Shown in pieces: positions 9,974 through 19,101 of a DNA stretch of 47,487 nt. Origin of the DNA: a virus. Its lineage: Duplodnaviria > Caudoviricetes. A program made the position numbers and the translations under genes. The notes below the pieces were generated by a model that worked only from the letters and a program-made list of their open reading frames with translations, ran no database searches and was not told the DNA's origin. Each line of letters starts with the position of its first letter. The stretch's first letter is position 1. The stretch is taken from IMG/VR virus record IMGVR_UViG_3300037440_000064, positions 1 to 47,487 of that record. One strand, given 5' to 3'.

Positions 9974-12900
9974 CACGTTAGTTACAGAGGATACGGTAGT
10001 TGACAACATCGACCAACGGACAGGTGCGCCAATTGGTACATATACTGACGAGGAGATACGTCAAGCGGTAGTGGAGGCAGCTACTACAGATACCTTGTTT
10101 GATCCTAAGTCTACCCCCGGCGATAGGGTGTTTAAGGATATGCTTGCTCAAAGTGATCCAAAATATAAGGATAAAAGAGCTTCTCTCTTAGAGGTAATGG
10201 GAGTACATTACGACTATATGGAGAAGATGTCACGGGCTAATGCAGTAATGTCTAACGTAAATACGGGTGCGGATAAAGACTACCTAGAGGAAGCTACCGT
10301 ACTATATGAAGAGGCGTTAAAGAAGAGAGCCGAACTTCCTTTAGAGTACCCAGATAACGGATTAATACATGAGATAGCTAGAGCTACCGCCGAGGGTGTT
10401 GGCACTATGAAGACTATGCTTACTGAAGCGGCTCCTGGGGTTACTAAGGATGTCATATCGGGAGCGGGTGTCGGGGCTTTGGCGGGGGTCGCATTAGCTG
10501 CACCTACTGGTGAGATAGCTTCACCTATAACGGTAACAGGGGGTATGATTATGGGGGCGGGGGTAGGTTTTAGAGTAGGAGTCCCGGCCCGTATGTATGA
10601 GGCTTCATACAACATGGGTAAAGGCGAGCTACTGTTTCAGATGTTAAAACCCGCCGAAGGAAAAGAGCCTATACCTCTTGCGATAGCCGCACCTATGGCG
10701 GCTAAAATGGCCTACATTTATGCCGCACTTGAAACGTTTGGGGATATCGGCGTACTGGTAAGTTCGCTTGGAGTAGCTGCGAGCGTGGGGCAGCGTGTTA
10801 CTGCTATAGCGGGTGAAGGGGTTACCGAGTGGGCGCAAACAATCGTAGAGCAAGTAACTGGACACTTGGCAAGAAAGAAGTTTGCCGAGGTTAAAGGATC
10901 GGAGTTTACTGAAACTCTTGACGATGTGTTAGACTACGTCGAGGCGCAGAAAGCCGCACGGCAAGGTATTCTCGCGTCAGGGGGTATGATGACTCCTTCT
11001 ACTATTGTGAAGATCCCCGTCGAGACACAACGTTTTCTGAAAGCGAAGAAGGAAGCGCAACTAGCTGAAGCAATAGAAGCGGATAATCAGCAACAGTTAC
11101 AGTCCAGCAATCAGACAGTAAAAGAGAACTCGGATAAACCGTTAGCAGATGTGACCGACGAGGTAACTAACACGTTAGTTAAAGGCGCGCCAATAGCACA
11201 AGCAGAGGTAAGCAGGGTAAAGAACGACCCATTAATAAAAGGAACAGACGTAAAAGACGGAGATATAGACGACCTCATCATAGTGGCTGATGAAGATTTA
11301 GACTCAGCTATAGATGAATTAGATAGTAGGTTGTACAACTCTTTAGATGATAAGGCGGCTAACTTCTTCGTAGGTCTATCTGACTTCCTTCAAGACGACG
11401 AACAGCTCAACTCCATGGAAGAGATAATGGGGGCTAGAGCGCAAGCTATGGGGATAACCACTTCTCAATACATCGAGCAGAAGGGTCTTGAGTTTGAGAA
11501 TTTAGGGATAGAGGATAAGGAGAGAAATTCCTACGTAACCTTCACAGAAGATAACCGAGCTATAATAAGTGCATTTAGTAACGGCAACCTCTCTTCAGTC
11601 ATACACGAGCTTGGACACGTATTCAGGCGTGATCTTCAAGGTGACATGGCGGCTATAGCCGACGAGTTTGTTGGCATGGAAAAAGGGTCTAAGTGGGACG
11701 TTCAGGCTGAAGAGAAGTTTGCCAGAGGGTGGGAGAACTATATGGCTACCGGAAAAGCGCCTACACAAAAACTGGAAACTCTTTTTGGTAAACTACATTC
11801 TTGGCTTATCGGCATATACAAAGCTATCCGGGGTTCCGGTATAGATGTAGATATACATCCTGAAATGGTAAAGGTCTACGATAGCCTGCTAGTACGTAAA
11901 GAGGTTGCTTCGAACAACTCCGTGACGCTCCCGCTATTTAAAGGAATAGCTACTAAAGAGGAGTATAGAAGCGAACTTACAAGAAGTAAAGAAGAAGCGA
12001 GTGCAGTGGCGAAAAATGTAAGTGAAGACTTATCATATCTAACCGATACAGCAGGTAAACATTACTTCAGGGATAAAGAGGGGATAAGCTTTTTTACTAC
12101 AGCTTTAGATAAAGATTCTGTGCAACAAGCTTACACCGAAGCGCAAAGTAGACCTGTAGTACGTACCAAAGAAGGGTTAGCGGCAGAGGGCAATGTTCTG
12201 AACCAGAATAGGAGAGAAGAGGACACCATAGAGGAAGAGGCGTTACGCCTGAAGAAACAGCGGGAAGCAGCACAAAGAGCCTTAAACTCTTACTATACGG
12301 ATACTGCGGGGAAGGCTACAAAAGGTTTAACTGAAGGTCAGGTCGCAAGGCAGCACGCCAAAGCTCTTGTAAAATCCATGAGGCAAATGTTTGATGCCGG
12401 GGATTTACATGGATACAAAATAGCGAGGGACCATATGAAAGCTTTTCTAGCAAGAGAAAGAAATAGGTTCGCTACGCAAAGAAAACACAAAGCTATGCGT
12501 AAGAGCATACTTAAAAAGATCAAACGGGGGTTGCCAACTACGTCAAGTGGTAAGGCGCAGGTACGTATAAATCCTGAGTTAGCTACGATGTTACGTAATG
12601 TCTATAAGGTATTAGGTAGTGCCGACACTGACAAGAAGATACGGAAGCTGTACGACGAACGTTTAGGTGAAGGGTTCTATCTTCACGAATTTGTTACCAA
12701 TGAAGTGGACTACATAATAAACAGGTTCTTAGACGGTGCTGTGTCCCGTAACATCTTTGGATTAAAAACTCTTAGTCATTTGAACGATGATATTAAAGCC
12801 CTTCTAGCAGGAGAGACAAAGAACTCTCCGGTTATGCGTGTAAAAGCGGCAATAGATCAGGCTAAAGGCGATCTTCTCCATGAGATAAATGGAGGTAACA

Positions 12901-14969
12901 CAGTTGACTCTCCTATTGAGGACACTAACCGATTATATAAAGAAAGACAAAAGCAAAAGAATTGGAAAGAAAAGATAGCAACTGCGACAATAGGTGACGA
13001 ATATGTGTTCGGATTAGGTGGGTTGGTAAAGATAGCTTCGAGCTACTCCCCTTTAGTAGATTCAAAGTTATCCAAGATAACAAACTTCTTTCAGGCTAAA
13101 CAGAACAAGTCTACTGAAGTACGTAACGAACAAAAGAAAATGATTGATATGTACCAAACTGCTTTTGGTATAAACAGTGCTTATAAGATGTATGGAAAGT
13201 GGAAAGAAGACTCACAAAGGGTACACGACATAGGTGTAGGGGTACTGTTTTCTAAAAGCGAGCTTCGTCAAATATGGATGTACGCGCAAGATGAGAAGCT
13301 AACTAACCGGTTAGTTAATCAGTTTACTGATTTGAGAAGTAAGATAACAAGTGAAATGTCGGACGAGGAAGTTCTTGAAACGGTAGAAGGGGCCACCCAA
13401 GACTTCGAAACGGTAATAGCAAACTTAGAAGGTGTATTATCTAATGATGATATATCTTTTGCTACGATGCTAAAAGGTTACTTCAACTCAGATGACCAGT
13501 ACAACAGTGTAAATTCCGTGTATGAGAAGGTGTTTGGTATTCCCCTTAACCGAGTAGAGAATTACGTACCTATACGTTCTAAGCACTATCTCGATTTGAA
13601 TGAGCGGTTGGATAACGCAAACAAGTATACCCAATTTAACCACGACGACTCGATACGTAAGACCCCTTTATCTGCTAAGAGCATAAAGGAAAGGGTAAAG
13701 AACGCAGAGAGGTATCAGTTACACTTCCAAGGTGACTTGTCTTTGTACTCTTCTTACGTGGAAGAAATGGCTCACTTCAAGGCTTTCGCAGAGCAAGGAC
13801 GTTTAGCCAAAATGGTGTTAGATGACAAGGACATAAGGAGAGCGATAGAGATAGAGTATAGCCCAGAATTTTATAGAAACATAACTTCAGCATTAGATGA
13901 CGTATTGGCTGATGGAATAGTAACGGCTACTCAGTTCCCTTTAATGGACCGGTTTAGAAGCGCATTTGTACGTTCGTCTATAGGAGCTTCTACTAGCGTG
14001 TTCTTCAAACAACAGATTTCAGTTGTACAGTACGCCCAACATATGCCTGTTACCGCATTTATGAAAGGTATGGTTAAATTTTGGGCTAATCCAGTTAGCC
14101 ACGTAGAGGAAATGTACAAAACTAACTACCTGAAGAATAGAGCAAGTTTAATCGACCGAGATTTAAAACAAGCTACCGCTTCTTCGGACTATAGCAAGTT
14201 TAAACTTAACCCGGTTTTGTCCAATCTTCTTACACTTAACGTACAAGTGGGGGATTCTTTGGCTATAGCTCAAGGTAGTTGGGTAATGAAAGAGCATCTA
14301 CGTACTCAGGTAAACCCTGCTACCGGAAAGACTTATACTACTAAAGAGGCATTTCAGAGAGCTTTCGAACTGTCCGAAAAGACCCAGCAGTCAGGTTCAA
14401 TGCAGGAGCTATCAGCTATACAAAGAGGAGGATCGGCGGCTCAACTTATGACTATGTACTCCACTGGTCCCGTACAAGCGTTACGTCAAGAAGTGGAAGC
14501 GGTTCGAGACCTAGCCGCAGGTAAGATAACTAAAAAGCAGTTTGCTAAGACCATGTTTATCTATCACGTTTTAGTTCCTTCCATCTTCGCTGCGGCTAGT
14601 AACGCCATATCAGGAGGGGATGACGAAGACAAGTTAAAGACCCAACTGATAGCAGTTATACTTGGCCCTTTCGGTTCTACCTATGCGGTAGGAACAGTAG
14701 TTACCGAGGCTTTCAGGAGAGTTCTAGGATTGAGGAGGTACGAGTTAGACGGAACTTTTGCGGACACGGTAAATGATGTAGAAAAAATAGCTGAGAAATT
14801 TTCGAAAGATAAAGAGCTTGATTTAGATGACTACGCAGCGGCGTTACAAGCTGTTACAGTATTCACTGGACACGGTGTACCCGTACAAAGGTTCACCCGG
14901 TCAGCACAGAACGCTATGGAAGGAGATATAGCCGGTGCAGTGTTTTCAAAGAACCCAGAGGCTGAGTAA
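9963..14969 (+). CDS. Large internal virion / ejection protein (gp16-like) with HExxH zincin-like domain
   Basis: ~1668 aa; Gly/Ala hydrophobic segments; VIHELGHVF...EEKFARGWENY...GKAP; start at ATG 9963 after GAGGA. Confidence 0.65.
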   Translation: MPTNTLVTEDTVVDNIDQRTGAPIGTYTDEEIRQAVVEAATTDTLFDPKSTPGDRVFKDMLAQSDPKYKDKRASLLEVMGVHYDYMEKMSRANAVMSNVNTGADKDYLEEATVLYEEALKKRAELPLEYPDNGLIHEIARATAEGVGTMKTMLTEAAPGVTKDVISGAGVGALAGVALAAPTGEIASPITVTGGMIMGAGVGFRVGVPARMYEASYNMGKGELLFQMLKPAEGKEPIPLAIAAPMAAKMAYIYAALETFGDIGVLVSSLGVAASVGQRVTAIAGEGVTEWAQTIVEQVTGHLARKKFAEVKGSEFTETLDDVLDYVEAQKAARQGILASGGMMTPSTIVKIPVETQRFLKAKKEAQLAEAIEADNQQQLQSSNQTVKENSDKPLADVTDEVTNTLVKGAPIAQAEVSRVKNDPLIKGTDVKDGDIDDLIIVADEDLDSAIDELDSRLYNSLDDKAANFFVGLSDFLQDDEQLNSMEEIMGARAQAMGITTSQYIEQKGLEFENLGIEDKERNSYVTFTEDNRAIISAFSNGNLSSVIHELGHVFRRDLQGDMAAIADEFVGMEKGSKWDVQAEEKFARGWENYMATGKAPTQKLETLFGKLHSWLIGIYKAIRGSGIDVDIHPEMVKVYDSLLVRKEVASNNSVTLPLFKGIATKEEYRSELTRSKEEASAVAKNVSEDLSYLTDTAGKHYFRDKEGISFFTTALDKDSVQQAYTEAQSRPVVRTKEGLAAEGNVLNQNRREEDTIEEEALRLKKQREAAQRALNSYYTDTAGKATKGLTEGQVARQHAKALVKSMRQMFDAGDLHGYKIARDHMKAFLARERNRFATQRKHKAMRKSILKKIKRGLPTTSSGKAQVRINPELATMLRNVYKVLGSADTDKKIRKLYDERLGEGFYLHEFVTNEVDYIINRFLDGAVSRNIFGLKTLSHLNDDIKALLAGETKNSPVMRVKAAIDQAKGDLLHEINGGNTVDSPIEDTNRLYKERQKQKNWKEKIATATIGDEYVFGLGGLVKIASSYSPLVDSKLSKITNFFQAKQNKSTEVRNEQKKMIDMYQTAFGINSAYKMYGKWKEDSQRVHDIGVGVLFSKSELRQIWMYAQDEKLTNRLVNQFTDLRSKITSEMSDEEVLETVEGATQDFETVIANLEGVLSNDDISFATMLKGYFNSDDQYNSVNSVYEKVFGIPLNRVENYVPIRSKHYLDLNERLDNANKYTQFNHDDSIRKTPLSAKSIKERVKNAERYQLHFQGDLSLYSSYVEEMAHFKAFAEQGRLAKMVLDDKDIRRAIEIEYSPEFYRNITSALDDVLADGIVTATQFPLMDRFRSAFVRSSIGASTSVFFKQQISVVQYAQHMPVTAFMKGMVKFWANPVSHVEEMYKTNYLKNRASLIDRDLKQATASSDYSKFKLNPVLSNLLTLNVQVGDSLAIAQGSWVMKEHLRTQVNPATGKTYTTKEAFQRAFELSEKTQQSGSMQELSAIQRGGSAAQLMTMYSTGPVQALRQEVEAVRDLAAGKITKKQFAKTMFIYHVLVPSIFAAASNAISGGDDEDKLKTQLIAVILGPFGSTYAVGTVVTEAFRRVLGLRRYELDGTFADTVNDVEKIAEKFSKDKELDLDDYAAALQAVTVFTGHGVPVQRFTRSAQNAMEGDIAGAVFSKNPEAE

Positions 14970-14997
14970 CTAACATGTTAGTTAAGGAGATAAACAA

Positions 14998-16467
14998 ATG
15001 CTAACTGACGTAAACCCCATTGTTTCCAGAGTATACACAGGCCCCGGCGCATACAGTTTCGATTTTCTAGTGTACGATACTGACAATGTTGAGGTTACGC
15101 ACGTAGACGTAAACGGCATTTCTACGCAATTACCAACAACCGACTTTTCAGTGGTTACACTATCCCCCGAAGTAGGAGGCAGCGTTACCATTACTTCTAC
15201 AGACTACGGGACTACCGGGGCACTCTACATAAAGCGGGTAATGTTCCTTGAGCAAAATGTCGATTGGGTAAACTCCGATGATATGGATATGGAGTTGTTG
15301 GAAAAGTCGCAAGACCGTATTGTTATGATGATTCAACAGATAAACGCAAGTATTAATGACGCTTTATCTATAAGCAACTGGAAAGGTGTTTGGGGTGAGG
15401 GTATAAGATACGAGATACGCGACCTAGTATCACTAACAAATGGTAACTGGTATCTCTGTCAGGTGGGGCATACAGCAAGTGCTTCCTTCAGTGCGGACTT
15501 AGCTTTAGGGTATTGGGTTCTAGCTCTCGACGTATACACCGTAACTCAGATAAAAGACTTAGCCGTAGCCGCACAAGAAGCGGCTGAGATAGCTCTTGCG
15601 GAGGCTTTAGTCGCTAAAGAGACAGCAGAAGATGCGGTTATTATAACTACGGCCAACGAACAGTCTTGCGCTATAGCCGAAGCTAACACTGCCGAGAACG
15701 CCCAGAATACCGCTAACTGCGCCGCTTCCGCCTATGCTAGTGCTCAAACTGCTTTAGCCGTGGCAAGTGACTTTGTTCCCGTAGGAGCTATAATAGCTTT
15801 TAAAGGAGGGTACTTTACTAACGCTTCTAATGGTGGTTTTACTAATGTCATAGGTAACGATGCCGCAACTATCAATGCGCGTATAAATGGTTCGGGGTGG
15901 TATGTTTGCAACGGCGCAGTTTGTAACGTGGTGGATTCTCCTGTATATGAGGGAGCCGGTAGGTATTTAGCTAATCTTACTGATAGTCGCTTTATACAGG
16001 GCTCGTCAGAAGCGGGAGTTACTGGTGGAAGTAATACTATGGCACATTTACATGGTATGCAACACAAGCACGATATGTACCATTTACACGCCATGCCCCA
16101 TACCCATACTATGTACCACACTCATGCTACTGGAAACTTCTCATTAACAGCTACTCATAACGGGCCTCACTACCATACTGTTGTTACTTATACGGGGTCT
16201 GCGGAGGCTAATAGGTTATACGCGTCCGATATTAATAGGAGTAACATTCTACAGAATACTTCCTGGTCGGGTGACGGTACTCCACATAACCACGGAGCTA
16301 CTGGAGCTTCTTCAGCAGTGAGTACCGGAGCTTCAGCAGCGGCAAATACTGCGGGGCCTTCGGTAGTCGATACGGGGGTTGCTTCTACTCCGAATACCGG
16401 GGCGGCTACTTATGCAGAGAATAGACCCCGATTTTTATCTTGCTGGTACATAGAAAAGGTGATATAA
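14998..16467 (+). CDS. Tail fibre protein (T7 gp17-like anchor, collar domain, His-rich tip)
   Basis: N-terminal Y.G.G..F.F motif, Ala-rich coil, collar motif PVGAIIAF...GWYVCNG, repeated HxH motifs, C-terminal ENRPRFL. Confidence 0.85.
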   Translation: MLTDVNPIVSRVYTGPGAYSFDFLVYDTDNVEVTHVDVNGISTQLPTTDFSVVTLSPEVGGSVTITSTDYGTTGALYIKRVMFLEQNVDWVNSDDMDMELLEKSQDRIVMMIQQINASINDALSISNWKGVWGEGIRYEIRDLVSLTNGNWYLCQVGHTASASFSADLALGYWVLALDVYTVTQIKDLAVAAQEAAEIALAEALVAKETAEDAVIITTANEQSCAIAEANTAENAQNTANCAASAYASAQTALAVASDFVPVGAIIAFKGGYFTNASNGGFTNVIGNDAATINARINGSGWYVCNGAVCNVVDSPVYEGAGRYLANLTDSRFIQGSSEAGVTGGSNTMAHLHGMQHKHDMYHLHAMPHTHTMYHTHATGNFSLTATHNGPHYHTVVTYTGSAEANRLYASDINRSNILQNTSWSGDGTPHNHGATGASSAVSTGASAAANTAGPSVVDTGVASTPNTGAATYAENRPRFLSCWYIEKVI

Positions 16468-16700
16468 TGAAACATACGTATTGGATAAAGTACCGACAAC
16501 CAGGACAGATATTCTGGCGTAAGATTAAAAACGTTATAGGGGATGGGGTAGAAGCAGGTTTGTTTAGGTTTGTTCAAACTGAAGATGATACCCTGATTTA
16601 TTTCAGCCTGAACGCAGAGGTTATCTTTCCTGCTCAACGCCAAAAAGTAATAGCCGAGTTAATGAGCAAAGAAGCAGGTCAACAGGTACAGAGGGCTTAA
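16467..16700 (+). CDS. Hypothetical protein (possible fibre-associated)
   Basis: ATG overlaps the tail fibre stop codon (TAATG). Confidence 0.6.
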   Translation: MKHTYWIKYRQPGQIFWRKIKNVIGDGVEAGLFRFVQTEDDTLIYFSLNAEVIFPAQRQKVIAELMSKEAGQQVQRA

Positions 16701-16701
16701 C

Positions 16702-17148
16702 ATGGGTTGTTCACTTATAGCAAATGGGGCTTGCGGGTTAGCCGGTAACGGCCCTCCGTTACCTCCGAGGTATGAAGACTACTTCGACCCGCTTACAGAG
16801 TTACATATAGCTACAAGCACAAACAGGTTCACACTATCCTGGAATAATGCTGTTTCGTATCCTGGGCAAGTAGTCCAAGTTCTGCACAGGAGAACGGGTC
16901 GCGTAGGGTACAACGAGCCTATACGGTACGTGGACAGAGATGATGGGGAGTATATCTCCCAAGCAGTTTTATTTGGTTATCAGCTTCAAAGCGTATGGGT
17001 TAGGATAGAGGATTCAGAGAGGTTTTCGCCTTGGGTTAGGTTGTCTTTTACAAGCGCAGGTTCTACATTATCCACTCCTGGATATTGGCCTGAAGACGAC
17101 GATCCTTGGTTTACAGACGATCAAGCTTGGCCGGAGGACGGAATATGA
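16702..17148 (+). CDS. Hypothetical tail-region protein
   Basis: Tightly packed ORF; beta-rich, possibly Fn3-like. Confidence 0.55.
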   Translation: MGCSLIANGACGLAGNGPPLPPRYEDYFDPLTELHIATSTNRFTLSWNNAVSYPGQVVQVLHRRTGRVGYNEPIRYVDRDDGEYISQAVLFGYQLQSVWVRIEDSERFSPWVRLSFTSAGSTLSTPGYWPEDDDPWFTDDQAWPEDGI

Positions 17149-19100
17149 AATTTACGGGAAGAGTTGTAACTAACACGTTAGTTGTAGTTTTGTTTTTGTT
17201 TTGCAACAGCTATGCGGCTGTGCAGGAAGTCCCCTCAGGCACCCCGGACGGTTCAGTTAAAGCCGGAACGGTACGGAATATCCTGAACTTTAACTTTAAC
17301 GCACTTGATCAAAAGGACACCGCGCAAGACGCGCTCATAGCTGTTAATACTGCGAAGGTGGGAATAACCTCGGCGCAAGCTTCAGCTATTGTAACCAATA
17401 CGGCTAAGGTAGGTATTACCCCGACGCAAGCGCAGGCTATTATTATAAATAGCGCAAAGGTAGTACCTTACGCTTTGTCACAGCTTTCTAACGATACTAA
17501 TTTTATAACCATCACTCAGACAGATGCGAAGTATGAACTGATAGACCCAAACCTATTACGTGTAACGGACCTGGATACGCAAACGAAGTTTGAAACTGAA
17601 TTAGGGTGGGAGATAGGGGCCGGTTCAGGTAACGTAACAGGTCCAGTAGCTTCCGTAGATAATCAACTTGCTAAGTTCGATGGGACTACTGGAGCGGTAA
17701 TAAAAACTTCTTCTATGTCAGAAGACGCAGCAGGTAACGTATCAACTACAGGGAGTATAACTTCTACAGTAGCCGATGGGGAGAGAGGTATTATTATAAA
17801 CCCTAACGTAACTGTTAAAAAAGACTTCACGGATCTATATGGGGTACAAGGATATAACGGGGAGTTGTTCCTATATCAGAACGGTGTAGAAATAGCTTTC
17901 GACGATATATCAGAATCGATAAGCAGGACCATAGCTTTAGCTAATATAACCGATTTTCCTACTGAGATTTCAGCAACTGAACTATCTTATCTTGACGGGG
18001 TTACTGCAAACTTAGCAGTAACAATAGACGATCTCTACAGTCAGATCGCAGCGATTGAAGGCTCGCCTCTTGCGCCTTTATTGTCAACTGTGGTTATCGA
18101 TACTACTGGCGAGATTCTTACGATATCTTCTGTAAAGAACCTTACTTTCGGAACAGGGGGTAATACGGGTTTTAAAGTTGACTGTGCTATAGGGGGAGCA
18201 GACATAGTTCCTACGTACAGTTCAGGTGATACGCTTAAGAGTTTGGTGTACGACTTACCATCTCCGATACTGTTTGAAGATGAGTGTTATTTACGGTATA
18301 CTCAGCCGGGGGACGGAGTTGTGTCGTTAGATGCCGGGGTAGAGCTGGCTAGTATAACTGGTACAAGCAAGTCTATAGATAATCAATCGACAGTTACCAG
18401 CCTTACGTATTTCCCCCTCACTGATCCAAACCTTGTATCACTGTGGTACTTTGATAATAATACTACTGACACCCAAGGAAATAATAATTTAACTAATTAT
18501 GGCGCGGTAGCGTATAACACCGGTACGAAAATACAAGGCACTCATAGTGCATACGGAGAAGGACTGGCGAAAAATTTCAGGATAGAAGACGCATCTTTAG
18601 CCGGTATCGATTTCTCTGGCGATTTCACTGTCGGTACGTGGGTTTACATAACCACGGATGCGGCAGACGCTAAGATAATAAGCAAGTGGGATGTAGGTAC
18701 CTCTAACAGGGAGTTTGATTTAACTAGGGAATCCAGCGATGATTCAATAATTGTCCAATTTTCTCATGACGGTGGAAGCGTCAATATGGATACATTTCAA
18801 ACTGCGGCAGGTACGTTCCCAATCAGTACATGGGTACACTTAATAGTATCTCATAACGCTACCACGCATGCAGTAAGGTTGCATAAAGACGGTGCTAACT
18901 TGACTTCTGGAAGTTTCCCGGCTACAGCAACAGGTGTGCCTTATCCTGCTGGCGCAGCTACTTTAGCTCTTAAAGGATCGGCTTACGATTCTTCTAGACC
19001 TTGTAACGGATACATGGACGAGGCGTTTTTTGTTGACAGGGTTATGACAGATCAGGAGATATCAAATCTGTACAACAATGGATTCGATACTGGGAGATAA
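17145..19100 (+). CDS. Fibre/adhesin-like protein with C-terminal LamG/ConA-like domain and signal-peptide-like N-terminus
   Basis: Start ATG 17145 after GGAGG; NTAKVGIT repeats; ELSYLDGVT fibre motif; LVSLWYFD...FTVGTWV...IISKW...GYMDE LamG pattern. Confidence 0.65.
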   Translation: MKFTGRVVTNTLVVVLFLFCNSYAAVQEVPSGTPDGSVKAGTVRNILNFNFNALDQKDTAQDALIAVNTAKVGITSAQASAIVTNTAKVGITPTQAQAIIINSAKVVPYALSQLSNDTNFITITQTDAKYELIDPNLLRVTDLDTQTKFETELGWEIGAGSGNVTGPVASVDNQLAKFDGTTGAVIKTSSMSEDAAGNVSTTGSITSTVADGERGIIINPNVTVKKDFTDLYGVQGYNGELFLYQNGVEIAFDDISESISRTIALANITDFPTEISATELSYLDGVTANLAVTIDDLYSQIAAIEGSPLAPLLSTVVIDTTGEILTISSVKNLTFGTGGNTGFKVDCAIGGADIVPTYSSGDTLKSLVYDLPSPILFEDECYLRYTQPGDGVVSLDAGVELASITGTSKSIDNQSTVTSLTYFPLTDPNLVSLWYFDNNTTDTQGNNNLTNYGAVAYNTGTKIQGTHSAYGEGLAKNFRIEDASLAGIDFSGDFTVGTWVYITTDAADAKIISKWDVGTSNREFDLTRESSDDSIIVQFSHDGGSVNMDTFQTAAGTFPISTWVHLIVSHNATTHAVRLHKDGANLTSGSFPATATGVPYPAGAATLALKGSAYDSSRPCNGYMDEAFFVDRVMTDQEISNLYNNGFDTGR

Positions 19101-19101
19101 A

